DNA from: Calditrichaceae bacterium
GTDB lineage: Bacteria > Calditrichota > Calditrichia > Calditrichales > JBFXGD01
Length of the DNA: 64,000 nt
Direction of reading: 5' to 3'
Assembly (NCBI GenBank): GCA_050173015.1
Contig: JBFXLE010000004.1
Location: forward strand, 96,001 to 160,000
Below are positions 18,013-28,308 of the stretch, piece by piece. The first letter of the stretch is position 1. Each line of letters starts with the position of its first letter. A program made the translations under genes and the position numbers. The notes beneath the pieces were generated by a model, which did not search any database, had not been told where the DNA came from, and saw nothing but the letters and a program-made list of their open reading frames with translations.

Positions 18013-18644
18013 TCTGTCTGATCAGGAAACTCATCTGTCTGCATCAATCTTGCCAGGTCTTCCCGGGTATTGACATTATAAAAGTATTCGGGTTTATACC
18101 CCGGCATATTATTGGGGATATCGACCTGAACGGCGTTTAAGCGTGAAAGAAGTTTGTGCAGACTGTAATTTCCCTCACGGATTGACTGTTCGACGATCCT
18201 TAATGCGTTGGCCGGCCAGATAGAGACCAAGGGCTCGATACCCTTATCGGACTTTGCGACAACTGCTTGATCGGCCGATCGGGAGTTCATCATATAATGA
18301 TACACTTTTGCCGAAAGGCGGGGCATATCACATGGCAGAACGGCAATCCATTGGTCCGGGAAACAGGCCAGCGCCGTATAGATACCGCCAATAGGCCCCC
18401 GGTCGGTAACTTTGTCCCGCACAGACCTGATGTGATCAAAATATTTGATCTCTTCCGGGCCTGAAACGATAACGATATTGTCCGCGATACCTTCAGCCAG
18501 CCCGGCGGCCCAGTCTATAAGTCGCTTATTTTTATAGACAGCTGTGACCTTCGAAGTACCAAATCTGGCGCTTTTTCCACCGGCAATGATCGCCGCGGAA
18601 AGTGCATTTATATTTTCCAAACATTTCTCATAGTAAATGATCAT
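18009..18644 (-). CDS. mobA: molybdenum cofactor guanylyltransferase
   Basis: IIAGGKSARFG, GPIGGIYTAL, VLPCDMP, IEPL, FYNVNT. Confidence 0.9.
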   Translation of the reverse strand: MIIYYEKCLENINALSAAIIAGGKSARFGTSKVTAVYKNKRLIDWAAGLAEGIADNIVIVSGPEEIKYFDHIRSVRDKVTDRGPIGGIYTALACFPDQWIAVLPCDMPRLSAKVYHYMMNSRSADQAVVAKSDKGIEPLVSIWPANALRIVEQSIREGNYSLHKLLSRLNAVQVDIPNNMPGYKPEYFYNVNTREDLARLMQTDEFPDQTE

Positions 18645-18738
18645 GTAAAACTATAAAGGTAATCAAAATATGAACTTAAACAAGTAAAAAGTTTGGGTTC
18701 AATTGAAGTTTGGCTGGAAAGAAAGAGATAAAGTAAAG

Positions 18739-18771
18739 AAAAAAGCCTTTCCCGGTGAAGGGAAAGGCTTT
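18739..18771 (-). terminator. intrinsic terminator
   Basis: AAAGCCTTTCCC-GGTGAA-GGGAAAGGCTTT with an A run on the left. Confidence 0.75.
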
Positions 18772-18787
18772 AAACCTGACGGTTTTG

Positions 18788-19417
18788 TTAAATGACGCCG
18801 CGTAATCTCATAATTTCTTCATGCAATGCCTGTTGTCCGTCGGAAGTACTGACATCCGCATTAAAACTGGCATTTAATTTCTGAACTTCAGTCAGGCTGC
18901 CATCGAAATCACCGAGCCAGAAATAATCCTGGGCCATACACAATTGTAAATCCTTGTAATCCAGATCGATTCCGATGGACGGAGAATTATAGGTGAATGA
19001 CCAGTTAGCCTCATTGCTGATTGCCATTGAGGCGTGCACAATAGAATTGTCATATAAACCGAGAACGAGTTCGGCAAAAGCCATACCTGCATACAGATCA
19101 TTGCTTGAAATGTTCAGGTCATCTGCGGAGTCAAAATAATCGTATGCCGTCGCGATTTCTCCCAATTTGGAATAACTCCAGGCAAGACCGAGATGGGCTG
19201 CAAATTCATTCGGGTTGTCAGAAAGGGCGGTATCAAAATATCCAATGGCTTCCTGATAATTTCCCGCCTTAAACGCATTCCAGCCACTAACGCTCGCGTC
19301 AGATATTGTCGTGCCATCGTCCTTATTGCTCGTAGAATCTGAACTGCAGCCGACAAATGCAATAGAAAATATTAATATCAGCCACAAATTATATAACAGA
19401 AGTTTTTTGATTTTCAT
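18788..19417 (-). CDS. TPR-repeat lipoprotein
   Basis: Lipobox FVGC; TPR-like GWNAFKAGNYQEAIGYF..AHLGLAWSY. Confidence 0.8.
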   Translation of the reverse strand: MKIKKLLLYNLWLILIFSIAFVGCSSDSTSNKDDGTTISDASVSGWNAFKAGNYQEAIGYFDTALSDNPNEFAAHLGLAWSYSKLGEIATAYDYFDSADDLNISSNDLYAGMAFAELVLGLYDNSIVHASMAISNEANWSFTYNSPSIGIDLDYKDLQLCMAQDYFWLGDFDGSLTEVQKLNASFNADVSTSDGQQALHEEIMRLRGVI

Positions 19418-19442
19418 AATAAAGCTCCTTATCCAATCTGTT

Positions 19443-22346
19443 TTATTTTATCAATATCATTTTTTTAGAAACTACCTGGTCGCCTGAAACAAGCTGGTAG
19501 AAATACACACCACTGGAAACTTTTTGTCCGGATGAATTGGTTCCATCCCAGCGGACTTTGAAAGTGCCAAAAGAATATTTTCCGCTGAACAAAGTTTTTA
19601 ATTTTTGTCCCAGACTGTTATACACGACCAGTTCGGTATTCTGAGGAACCTTATTTGCAATTGTAAACTCAATATCAGTGACCGGGTTAAAAGGATTTGG
19701 GAAATTCTGATTCAGGACAAAACTCTGAGGCATCGCGTTAGTTATTGCGTCACCTTCACCCAATTTATATGTACCGAGTTTGGAAGTGTTAATGACAAGT
19801 TCTTTGTTCGTCTTATCAATGTAGGTCTCTTGCTCTACCCATCCCGCCGCAGAACGATAATATACCTTAAGTCTTGATTCATCATATACCTGATTCTTGA
19901 TGAGCTCATCATATTTAAAGGTCAGAACAAATTCTTTATCTGATACGTAATCGGTCGGTCCAAATTGTATTTCTGAACCTTCAAACATACCCGATTCATT
20001 CCTGATGATATCTGATTTAAAGATTGTCATGAACATTTCATCTCTAACGGCATCTGCAGGGATAAACAGGCTCACATCACCATCGGGACTGTAGGCCAGT
20101 GTTTCTTCACCGGGTTTTAGCAGCTGAACTCCGAAGTCTTTTTCAAAGGATGCGTCCGGTCCGAAAACACTGATGGCATCCACGCTTAAATGGATAGTAC
20201 CGGAAGCCGTAAAATAAACTTTACAGCCATAATTGTAGAGGGAGATGTCATTCACTGTTAGATCTGCGCTTGATTCTCCGAGGGACGCGGTCACTTCAGG
20301 CGGCGCCATGAGAGGAATATCCGTGGTCATAAATATTTCGGCAAACATGGTGAATGCAGAATTCTGAACAAGGGAAATACCCAGATCAGGCGGATCCAGC
20401 TTATTTATCTGAATCATACGTTCGATGATTTTTGCGGGAGCGTTATCCGCGTCAACGGTGATGGTGTAAAAAAATACATCTCCGGCAGGAAGGTTGTCAA
20501 CATGAATAGGCCAGACAGTATAGTCACCGCCATTTGCCTGCATATTCCCAAATTCGGTAGTCGCGTTGCCTTCGACCAGGGAAAGACCGCTTGGGAGATT
20601 TATTGTGGCTGTGACATTTGTCGCTTCCACACCACCGGTATTGAACAGGCTCGCGGTAACTGAAAATGAAGTGGTCTGCGGTACGCTGTTTTCCACTTTT
20701 ATTGATGATATTGATGAAACCGATACCGATATTGGCGGCAGCAGGTCATCGTTTGGTATGACGAACCTATAAGCGATATTGTTTGAGCCGTTTGATTCAA
20801 CTACCACATCGTTTGGATCAATCTGAGCATAGATAGCGTGATAAGCTGGATTAGTAGGCACCGTCCAGTCGAATGAAAATGTATAGCTTGATCCGGCCTG
20901 GATTGAATCGACATACATGACTGCCGAGATTGGAATACCGCCGTCAGGGTCGCCGTCGAATAAGCGGATTCCCACATTCATCGCGGTGGCAAATCCATAG
21001 TTATGCACCGTTGTTTTGATGGTGATGGGATCACCGGCATTTCTTGTTTCAGTGTCAGGCAATAAAACAATATCACTTGCCGAGACAGCGAGATCGGGCA
21101 ATCCCAGCGCAAAATTCAGCGGCATAAAATCAGCGCCGGCCGCGCCACCAAATGAGCTTATAATTGATAAGTTTTTTGTCCCCGTTACATGATAAACGGT
21201 TTTAGTCGAATAAAAATAATAGCCTTCGCCTTCATTTAAAGTCCCTGTCCAGACGTTTGACTCTGTATTGGGATCATAAACCGTAATTTCATTTCCGTCC
21301 TCGTATGAGAAGATATTATAGTCGCCGGGAATAACGGGTGTATAGAAATTAGTACCTATCCCGCGTCCTGATTCATCCACTTGCCTTGTCAGATAGTAAT
21401 AACTACCTGAGTAATATGCATAGGGAGTATTACATACTGTCGCATTATTGCTGGTTTCGACTTCCCAGTAAGTATCTTCATATATGATGTCATAGGCCAC
21501 TTCGCCTTCATTTAACGTTCCTGATGAAATCACTTCCTGAGTTGTGGAGTTGGTCACCGTATAAGTGGTGTTATCTGAATATGCGGTAATGATGATTCCG
21601 TTTGGCCAGCCGCCCACATATCCGGCAAAACCATAAAAATGCGTACCGGTAAACAGACCGTTGGTAGCCGGTATAAAGTATCCCTGATCGCCATAACTCA
21701 GAGCGGATACCGGTTTGCTCGATCTGACACCAAGAAAAACACCATAATAACCGTCTAATTGAAAATGTTCACCCTCATTTAATATTCCGGCGGCAATGGT
21801 GTTTCCGGATGAGAGATCCCGGATAGTGAATTCTGTTCCGTCTTCATAACCGAATAGGATAAAATGAGCATAACCGTATGCATCGGGCATATATGTGTTT
21901 ATCCTTGTGGATAAGGCTCTGCCGGCTTCATCAACAGCGAAATAACCCATTACATAATTAGAAACAGGATCGCCAACAAGCAGAGTAAAGGAGTTAGAAC
22001 CTTCAACTCTATATACACCGGCGCCGGAAGTAAAAGCATAATATTCATCATTATTTAATGTGGTTGTGCCAATTAATTCACCCGCAGAATTAAAAAAGTT
22101 AAATGTTGTATTATCGAAGTAGCTAAAAACAATAAGATCTGAAAAGGTGTAAGAAGTAGTAGCAAAGACAAAATCCGCGGGTTTAAGCAAAGATTTCTCG
22201 ATTTGCGACGAGATCACGCCCTGCTGAAATCCGGGAGACGCGTTATCTGTTGTAAATCCGGGCGCTGCGCCCGGTATCTGCTGGGCAAACAAACTGCCGA
22301 CAGACAGATATAGAAGAATTAATAATACCGTAAACTTCTTCTGCAT
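19443..22346 (-). CDS. large secreted protein: four N-terminal repeats, CARDB-like Ig domain, FlgD-Ig/CTD tail
   Basis: Signal peptide; LPDLAVS..VHNYG..IDPNDVVVESNGSNN; QNFPNPFNP..SSGVYFY..KKMILIK. Confidence 0.8.
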   Translation of the reverse strand: MQKKFTVLLILLYLSVGSLFAQQIPGAAPGFTTDNASPGFQQGVISSQIEKSLLKPADFVFATTSYTFSDLIVFSYFDNTTFNFFNSAGELIGTTTLNNDEYYAFTSGAGVYRVEGSNSFTLLVGDPVSNYVMGYFAVDEAGRALSTRINTYMPDAYGYAHFILFGYEDGTEFTIRDLSSGNTIAAGILNEGEHFQLDGYYGVFLGVRSSKPVSALSYGDQGYFIPATNGLFTGTHFYGFAGYVGGWPNGIIITAYSDNTTYTVTNSTTQEVISSGTLNEGEVAYDIIYEDTYWEVETSNNATVCNTPYAYYSGSYYYLTRQVDESGRGIGTNFYTPVIPGDYNIFSYEDGNEITVYDPNTESNVWTGTLNEGEGYYFYSTKTVYHVTGTKNLSIISSFGGAAGADFMPLNFALGLPDLAVSASDIVLLPDTETRNAGDPITIKTTVHNYGFATAMNVGIRLFDGDPDGGIPISAVMYVDSIQAGSSYTFSFDWTVPTNPAYHAIYAQIDPNDVVVESNGSNNIAYRFVIPNDDLLPPISVSVSSISSIKVENSVPQTTSFSVTASLFNTGGVEATNVTATINLPSGLSLVEGNATTEFGNMQANGGDYTVWPIHVDNLPAGDVFFYTITVDADNAPAKIIERMIQINKLDPPDLGISLVQNSAFTMFAEIFMTTDIPLMAPPEVTASLGESSADLTVNDISLYNYGCKVYFTASGTIHLSVDAISVFGPDASFEKDFGVQLLKPGEETLAYSPDGDVSLFIPADAVRDEMFMTIFKSDIIRNESGMFEGSEIQFGPTDYVSDKEFVLTFKYDELIKNQVYDESRLKVYYRSAAGWVEQETYIDKTNKELVINTSKLGTYKLGEGDAITNAMPQSFVLNQNFPNPFNPVTDIEFTIANKVPQNTELVVYNSLGQKLKTLFSGKYSFGTFKVRWDGTNSSGQKVSSGVYFYQLVSGDQVVSKKMILIK

Positions 22347-22991
22347 AAAAACCTCCTTCAATAAGTTAGATTTGTAGATGGTGAAAAAAGTTGTTACAAA
22401 TATTATTAAAATCCCGGGCGGTATATTGACCGTGCCAGGTAAATATAATCATAATTCAACCTTCAATTTTGCAGGAGATAATCTCATATCGATTCGTACA
22501 CGGGTTAAAATTAAATGAAATCTTTTTTCCTTTGTCCGTTTACCAAAATTGTTAATCCGGGTTTAAATAAGAGCCCCGGGTCAAATCTGCTTCCCGATTA
22601 AAAAGGGAAGATGACTAAAACTATCAGGATATTTATCCAGTAACGCTGTAATGATAAATTAGTCATGTCCTTTTTTTGGTGAAAATTCTGAATAGTTTTG
22701 TGATATTTTAAAGGGGAATATAAACAATAATCATCGGGGAGCTTTGATCTACGTCAAAAGAATGGAGATTCATAACACTTTATTCTATAAAATTGTTAAT
22801 AAATATGGCTAAAAAATAGGGAAATGTTTAAAAATTGATAAATTTTACCGAATATTAAAGAAATAGTACTGTCTATAAATCATATAAAATTAATGACTTA
22901 CAAAAATTATACGGGAATATTTTGATATAAAACACATTTAATTTGATTTGGAATAAAAAAAAGACCTTTTTTAAGGCTTTTTTTTGTTTGC

Positions 22992-23984
22992 TCATTTCCC
23001 CGCGGAAATAATTTTTTCAAGTGTTGCATGATCCACATTCAGAAGTCCGTTTTTGACAATTCGCCTTGTCAGTTCCGCCCAGTTCTTATCTTTTTTAAAT
23101 ATTTCTTCGAACATGGGCAGGGCTTTGTCTAACATGCCAATGTTTACAAGTGAGACCGCGTGCCAGTATTTCATCTCGATGTTTTTCGGAAACATCGATT
23201 CAGCCGCTCCGTATTCCCGCAGCGCTCCCTGTTCATCGCCTTTTTCGATGGCCAGATCACCGTTGTTCATGTGTTCATAAGCGCGGTAAACTCTGAGAAC
23301 GCGTTCAATTTCATTAACCGCGTCGGGATGATCTTCAACTCTTAAATCAATTTTGCGGTCCTCCCAAAGATTACCCGTCGCTTTTCCTTTAACAACAAGT
23401 ATGGCCGCCGACTGTTGTCCGCGAATATCGCCTCCCGCTGCCTGTGCCGCTTTCAGAGCCGCCAGCATTCTTTCCGCGAGAGGGCCTGTACTCGATTCAA
23501 ATGCCTTGGACATGGCGGGGACAACTTTATCATTTAGCATCATGTTTGCCTGAACGGAATAATTTTTACCGGTAATATGTCCGGCGTCAGCTATACATTT
23601 CTCTCCGGTGTAAGCCGCGACCTGACCCTTTGTATTGATTATTGCCACCTGCCGAAAATCACGCCCCTCATCCGAGGCGATGAGATCATTGAGCGCTTCG
23701 GAAGATGATTGACCGGATTTTAGCAAATCGAGTCCGCGCGGGCCAAAAGAAGCGTTTACCATCGATTGTGTGGCTACTGCTCCAACGCCGGCCTCCGCCC
23801 ATGAAACAATCGATCCCACGGAAAACCAGTGTGACTGAACAGCCACTCCCAGTTCGCCTGTCTGTTCATCACGTGCTACGATTGAAAATGTGTGTGTAAA
23901 AGGTTCCCCGTTAAAAGTTTGCGCAAAGAGTGTTGATGCAAGGAAAAAAATAGTTAATGAAGTGAAATTAATAAATATTTTCAT
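22992..23984 (-). CDS. DUF1028 Ntn-hydrolase-like protein with C-terminal TPR
   Basis: HTFSIVARD..GVAVQS..GAVATQ..AGGDIRGQQSAA..DLRVEDH. Confidence 0.85.
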   Translation of the reverse strand: MKIFINFTSLTIFFLASTLFAQTFNGEPFTHTFSIVARDEQTGELGVAVQSHWFSVGSIVSWAEAGVGAVATQSMVNASFGPRGLDLLKSGQSSSEALNDLIASDEGRDFRQVAIINTKGQVAAYTGEKCIADAGHITGKNYSVQANMMLNDKVVPAMSKAFESSTGPLAERMLAALKAAQAAGGDIRGQQSAAILVVKGKATGNLWEDRKIDLRVEDHPDAVNEIERVLRVYRAYEHMNNGDLAIEKGDEQGALREYGAAESMFPKNIEMKYWHAVSLVNIGMLDKALPMFEEIFKKDKNWAELTRRIVKNGLLNVDHATLEKIISAGK

Positions 23985-24424
23985 AAAGAGCCTCCGGTTG
24001 AATGCTTATTGAGCAACATATGAATCAATTCCGTTTCGTCAGCCTTCATTTTTAGAGTGGCGGGATTAATAAAGACGATCTGTCTCCAATTATAAAAGAC
24101 CTTGTAAACTTTTAAATTTAAAATAAAATTTCTTCGGTTCAATTAATATTCCTTTAAAGAAATAAATTAGTTTAAGCAGAATTAATCCACAAGATTTTTT
24201 ATTCCTTCACTGATTTCGGATTTCAATATGGATGAATAATTCAAGGAATATGGGGGTTAGAGAATGACTTAAGGATATAAATATTCATTTCTTTGATGGT
24301 TTTTATTGTTTTAAGCGTTATTTTTAAATGTTTGTATTTAACGTTCAGAATATAGAATTTATAAAAATATATTAGTTAACGATGTGGGCGATATTGTCTG
24401 GAAATGTCTAACTAAGGAGTCAGC

Positions 24425-25723
24425 ATGCAATCAAGAAAAAATCATGCTCCGGGGGTTAACCTTAATCTTAATGTGAGAGGATTGCAGCAATCCGCGACAT
24501 TACGAATCAATGAAATCAGTGATAAAATGATTCGCGAAGGCCACCAGATTTTCAAGTTGGGACTGGGGCAATCGCCTTTTCCGGTGCCACAGGTCGTTCA
24601 GGATGAATTAAAAGCGAATACCCATCAAAAGGATTATCTGCCGGTCATGGGTCTCAGGGAACTAAGAGGCGCGGTTGCGGGATATCTGCATCGCGCCCAA
24701 GGTGTAGATTTTACTCCTGACAACATCATGATCGGTCCCGGTTCAAAAGAATTAATGTTTATTCTTCAACTGGTCTATTACGGCGATTTAGTTATTCCTA
24801 CGCCAAGCTGGGTTTCCTATGCGCCACAGGCGCATATTGTGGGACGGCACATAAGCTGGGTACCCACCAACGCCGGGGACTGCTGGCGTATCATGCCGGA
24901 AGAGTTTGAAAAGTTATGTAGTATGGATCCGGACAGGCCGAGGCTGGTGATACTGAATTACCCTGCTAATCCACATGGGTGTACCTACCGGATTGATGAA
25001 CTTAAAGCGATCGCGCATATTGCCCGTAAATACCATGTATTGCTTTTATCAGATGAAATTTATGGTGAATTGCACCACCTGGGACAGCATGTTTCCATCG
25101 CGCGGTATTATCCCGAAGGCACCATTATAAGCTCAGGCTTGAGTAAGTGGTGCGGCGCCGGCGGATGGCGTCTTGGTACATTCGCGTTTCCAAGATCATT
25201 GACCTGGCTGCGTGATGCCATGGCTGTTGTAGCCAGTGAAACATACACTTCCACATCAGCCCCTATTCAATACGCGGCAGTGAGAGCCTTTCAGGGCGGG
25301 CTGGAAATTGAGAGATATCTGTCGCAGTCGAGGCGGGTTTTAAGATCTCTAAGCGCGGTTCTGGTATCTAAATTAAGAAAGTCCGGGGTCAGCCTGTCAG
25401 AACCAAAAGGCGCTTTTTATCTCTTCCCTGATTTTAGCCCTTTCAGGGAGAAAATGATACAGAGGGGAATTTATAACAATGAACAGTTATGTGAGCGTCT
25501 TCTTGAAGAAACCGGCGTGGCTATACTGCCGGGGAGTGTTTTTGGAAGATCACCTGAAGAACTCACGGCAAGACTGGCTTATGTTGATTTTGACGGGGCG
25601 CGTGTCCTGACCGCCGCTTCTCAAATCGCCGAGGGAAAATCGCTTGATCATGTATTTCTCGAAACGTATTGCCGGAATTGCCTGACGGCTGTGGATAAAA
25701 TTTGTGATTGGTTAATCACGTAA
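24425..25723 (+). CDS. PLP-dependent aminotransferase class I/II
   Basis: LNYPANPHG, SDEIY, SGLSKWCGAGGWRLG, GAFYLF. Confidence 0.9.
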   Translation: MQSRKNHAPGVNLNLNVRGLQQSATLRINEISDKMIREGHQIFKLGLGQSPFPVPQVVQDELKANTHQKDYLPVMGLRELRGAVAGYLHRAQGVDFTPDNIMIGPGSKELMFILQLVYYGDLVIPTPSWVSYAPQAHIVGRHISWVPTNAGDCWRIMPEEFEKLCSMDPDRPRLVILNYPANPHGCTYRIDELKAIAHIARKYHVLLLSDEIYGELHHLGQHVSIARYYPEGTIISSGLSKWCGAGGWRLGTFAFPRSLTWLRDAMAVVASETYTSTSAPIQYAAVRAFQGGLEIERYLSQSRRVLRSLSAVLVSKLRKSGVSLSEPKGAFYLFPDFSPFREKMIQRGIYNNEQLCERLLEETGVAILPGSVFGRSPEELTARLAYVDFDGARVLTAASQIAEGKSLDHVFLETYCRNCLTAVDKICDWLIT

Positions 25724-25787
25724 ATTACTTTTTTAATTGAGCTGCAAATTTATATACTTAATCTTCACAAAAATCGGGGGATGTGGG

Positions 25788-26627
25788 GTGAGAAAAGTAT
25801 TTCTTTATCAGATTATATTGGCGCTTATTCTGTTTCATACAACGCTTTGCGCGACGGAAATCCAGAGGGATGAGAATGCTCCCGGCGCGAGAGCGGCCAT
25901 GGGGCTATTCGCCAATGCGTACAGTAAGTCACTAACTGCAAATGTTTTTAACCTTGAACCTTTATCGCTTAAAGGGCGGTTAAGCAGCCTGGCAATCGCT
26001 GCGGCAGGTTACCAGATGATCTCATATGACACGATGAAAGGTATTCAGCTTAATCCGTTTAAATTCAGGAAAGAATGGCATGGTTATTGGGAAGGATATC
26101 TCGCGGCAGAAGGATTGGATATTTTTCTCAGCATCGTCCGCAAGTATGACGGAGCAAAATTTATTGTCGCGTCTACGGTTCTCATATCGATGGGAATAAT
26201 TATTGCAAACGGTGAAGATGGCGATGGATGGCGAAATGCGGATGATGCGCCGCTGACGTTAAAAAACCTTTTTAAAAACCGGGATTCCTACTGGATTCAC
26301 TTTTCGGGGTCGGGGGGATTATACTGGGCAATCGCCAATCATACGGTTTCGAAAGAATCCGCTTTGCTTTATGCCGCTTCACTTGTTTGGCTTTGGGAAA
26401 TTAAGGATGGATATCTCAAATGGGAAGACGCAGGTTTTATTGGTGGAGACGGTTTCTCCTGGAGGGACGGGACAGCGGGGACGATTGCGGTTCTTGGCAG
26501 TTATGCGGTCAGCAAATGGATATTTCCCCGGGTAAAAGAGTTTCTGGGAAGATTTGGAGCGGATGGGATATCAGCAGACGCGGACAGAGACAGGTTCAGA
26601 CTAACAGTAAGATTCGATCTGCTCTAA
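25788..26627 (+). CDS. hypothetical exported/membrane protein, YfiM/DUF2279-like C-terminal half
   Basis: Signal peptide; WIHF..LWEIKDG..GFSWRD motif. Confidence 0.55.
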   Translation: MRKVFLYQIILALILFHTTLCATEIQRDENAPGARAAMGLFANAYSKSLTANVFNLEPLSLKGRLSSLAIAAAGYQMISYDTMKGIQLNPFKFRKEWHGYWEGYLAAEGLDIFLSIVRKYDGAKFIVASTVLISMGIIIANGEDGDGWRNADDAPLTLKNLFKNRDSYWIHFSGSGGLYWAIANHTVSKESALLYAASLVWLWEIKDGYLKWEDAGFIGGDGFSWRDGTAGTIAVLGSYAVSKWIFPRVKEFLGRFGADGISADADRDRFRLTVRFDLL

Positions 26628-26709
26628 AAACTTTCTAAAATATTATTTTGATGGTTTACCATAAATGCCATGATTATCTTAAACAATCAAAAAACAGTAC
26701 AGGTCTGAT

Positions 26710-27408
26710 ATGAAGAAGATTTTTATCACGGGATCAAACAGAGGAATTGGGATCGAGTTTGTCAGACAATATCTGGCGCGGGGTGATCATGTGTTTGCCG
26801 GATGCAGAAATCCCGATGCTGCAAACGGCTTAAAGCGGCTGATGGATGCCTGGCCGGAAAGGCTGAATATAGTAAAATTGGATCTCGGGGAGACGGATTC
26901 ATTTGATGTTGCCGTAACTGAGGTAAGCAGGGTGACCGGCAGTCTGGATATATTGATCAATAATGCGGGCATTTATATAAAAAATGAAAATCTGGACAAT
27001 CTGGATGTCTCAAAGATGTTGGCCTCATTCAGAATTAATTCTATCGCGCCGATTTTAATTGCCCGGAGTTTTATAAATTTGCTTGAAAAAGGCAAAGAGC
27101 CCAAAATCGTAAATATCAGTTCACAAATGGGGTCGCTACAAAATAAAACATCTGGTGGCGATTACAGTTACTGTTCTTCCAAAGCGTCTCTTAATATGCT
27201 CACACGGTCGTTGGCCTATGATGTCAGGCGCCGGGGAATTATCACGGTTTCACTTCACCCGGGATGGGTAAAAACAGATATGGGCGGATTCAATGCCATG
27301 ATCGAGCCGTCAGAGTCCGTTTATGACATGATCAAGCTCATCGATCGTTTAGAATTGAATGATTCATCAAAATTTTTTACGCGGGACGGCAGAATCCATC
27401 CCTGGTAA
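26710..27408 (+). CDS. SDR oxidoreductase (CsgA/C-factor-like)
   Basis: TGSNRGIG, NNAG, YCSSK, HPGWVKTDMGG. Confidence 0.9.
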   Translation: MKKIFITGSNRGIGIEFVRQYLARGDHVFAGCRNPDAANGLKRLMDAWPERLNIVKLDLGETDSFDVAVTEVSRVTGSLDILINNAGIYIKNENLDNLDVSKMLASFRINSIAPILIARSFINLLEKGKEPKIVNISSQMGSLQNKTSGGDYSYCSSKASLNMLTRSLAYDVRRRGIITVSLHPGWVKTDMGGFNAMIEPSESVYDMIKLIDRLELNDSSKFFTRDGRIHPW

Positions 27409-27637
27409 AAGTAAAAACTGTTTGGTTTTATATTTAAAGATAATTGTAACTCTATCTTGATATTAAATAAATATTATTTATGAATCGCTTTTTTGGTTCG
27501 ATATTAGAAAATAGAATGTGATGGTGTTTACCTACCGGTCATTTTGAATGATATACGCGTCTTTATACGTATATCTACTCCGGAAATATTCGTGAGAAAG
27601 GTAATAAAGAGACTTGAAGTCGAATGGGGGGAAAATA

Positions 27638-28078
27638 ATGGACACTAAAATACCTATTCCCGGGAAAGACGTGGATGAACAGGAAACCAGCGTTAAAAAT
27701 ACAAAACACAAGCGTATATTTATAGTTGAGGACGAAGAAATTATAAGAGACCTCTATAAAGATATTCTCGGAGAGAACGGATACGTGCTCCTGATGTCAA
27801 AGACGGTTGAAGAAGGGAAATCAAATTGGGGTGACGGAAATTATCATCTTGTGATTTGCGATCTGGGGCTGCCCGGCGAAAATGGCTGGGAGTTTATAAA
27901 ATTCGCGAGAGAAAAGAATCAAAGTATTCCTATTGTCGCGCTTACGGGTTGGGGAGATATGATTTCGAAAGAACAATCCGCAAAATTTAATATACAGCGT
28001 GTAGTCGCAAAGCCGGTTTCCGTGGGACAGTTATTGAAACTGGTATCAGAATTAACTTCCGACACACAGGCTATTTAA
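27638..28078 (+). CDS. single-domain response regulator (receiver)
   Basis: IFIVEDE, ICDLGLPGENG, LTG, AKP. Confidence 0.88.
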   Translation: MDTKIPIPGKDVDEQETSVKNTKHKRIFIVEDEEIIRDLYKDILGENGYVLLMSKTVEEGKSNWGDGNYHLVICDLGLPGENGWEFIKFAREKNQSIPIVALTGWGDMISKEQSAKFNIQRVVAKPVSVGQLLKLVSELTSDTQAI

Positions 28079-28308
28079 TGAACACATGGAGCCCTTTTGT
28101 GTAACGCCAATTGGCATCTTTAATCGGCTGGTTCTCCCGCGTGCGGATAAAACCCGGCATGAATACATCTATCCTCAGCACCCTCAATAAAGCCTTCTAT
28201 CCAATGAACTAAAAAAATGGATTCAAAATTTTTTGTTCGGATATTTTTAGATTGCAATATAATTTAATAATATGTTCGATTCCTTTAAACTCATAAAATG
28301 AGATAAAT

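Noticed and set aside
22347-22991. Riboswitch in the long AT-rich intergenic region
   Set aside because: Only short scattered stems; no cobalamin, c-di-GMP, SAM or TPP consensus recognised.
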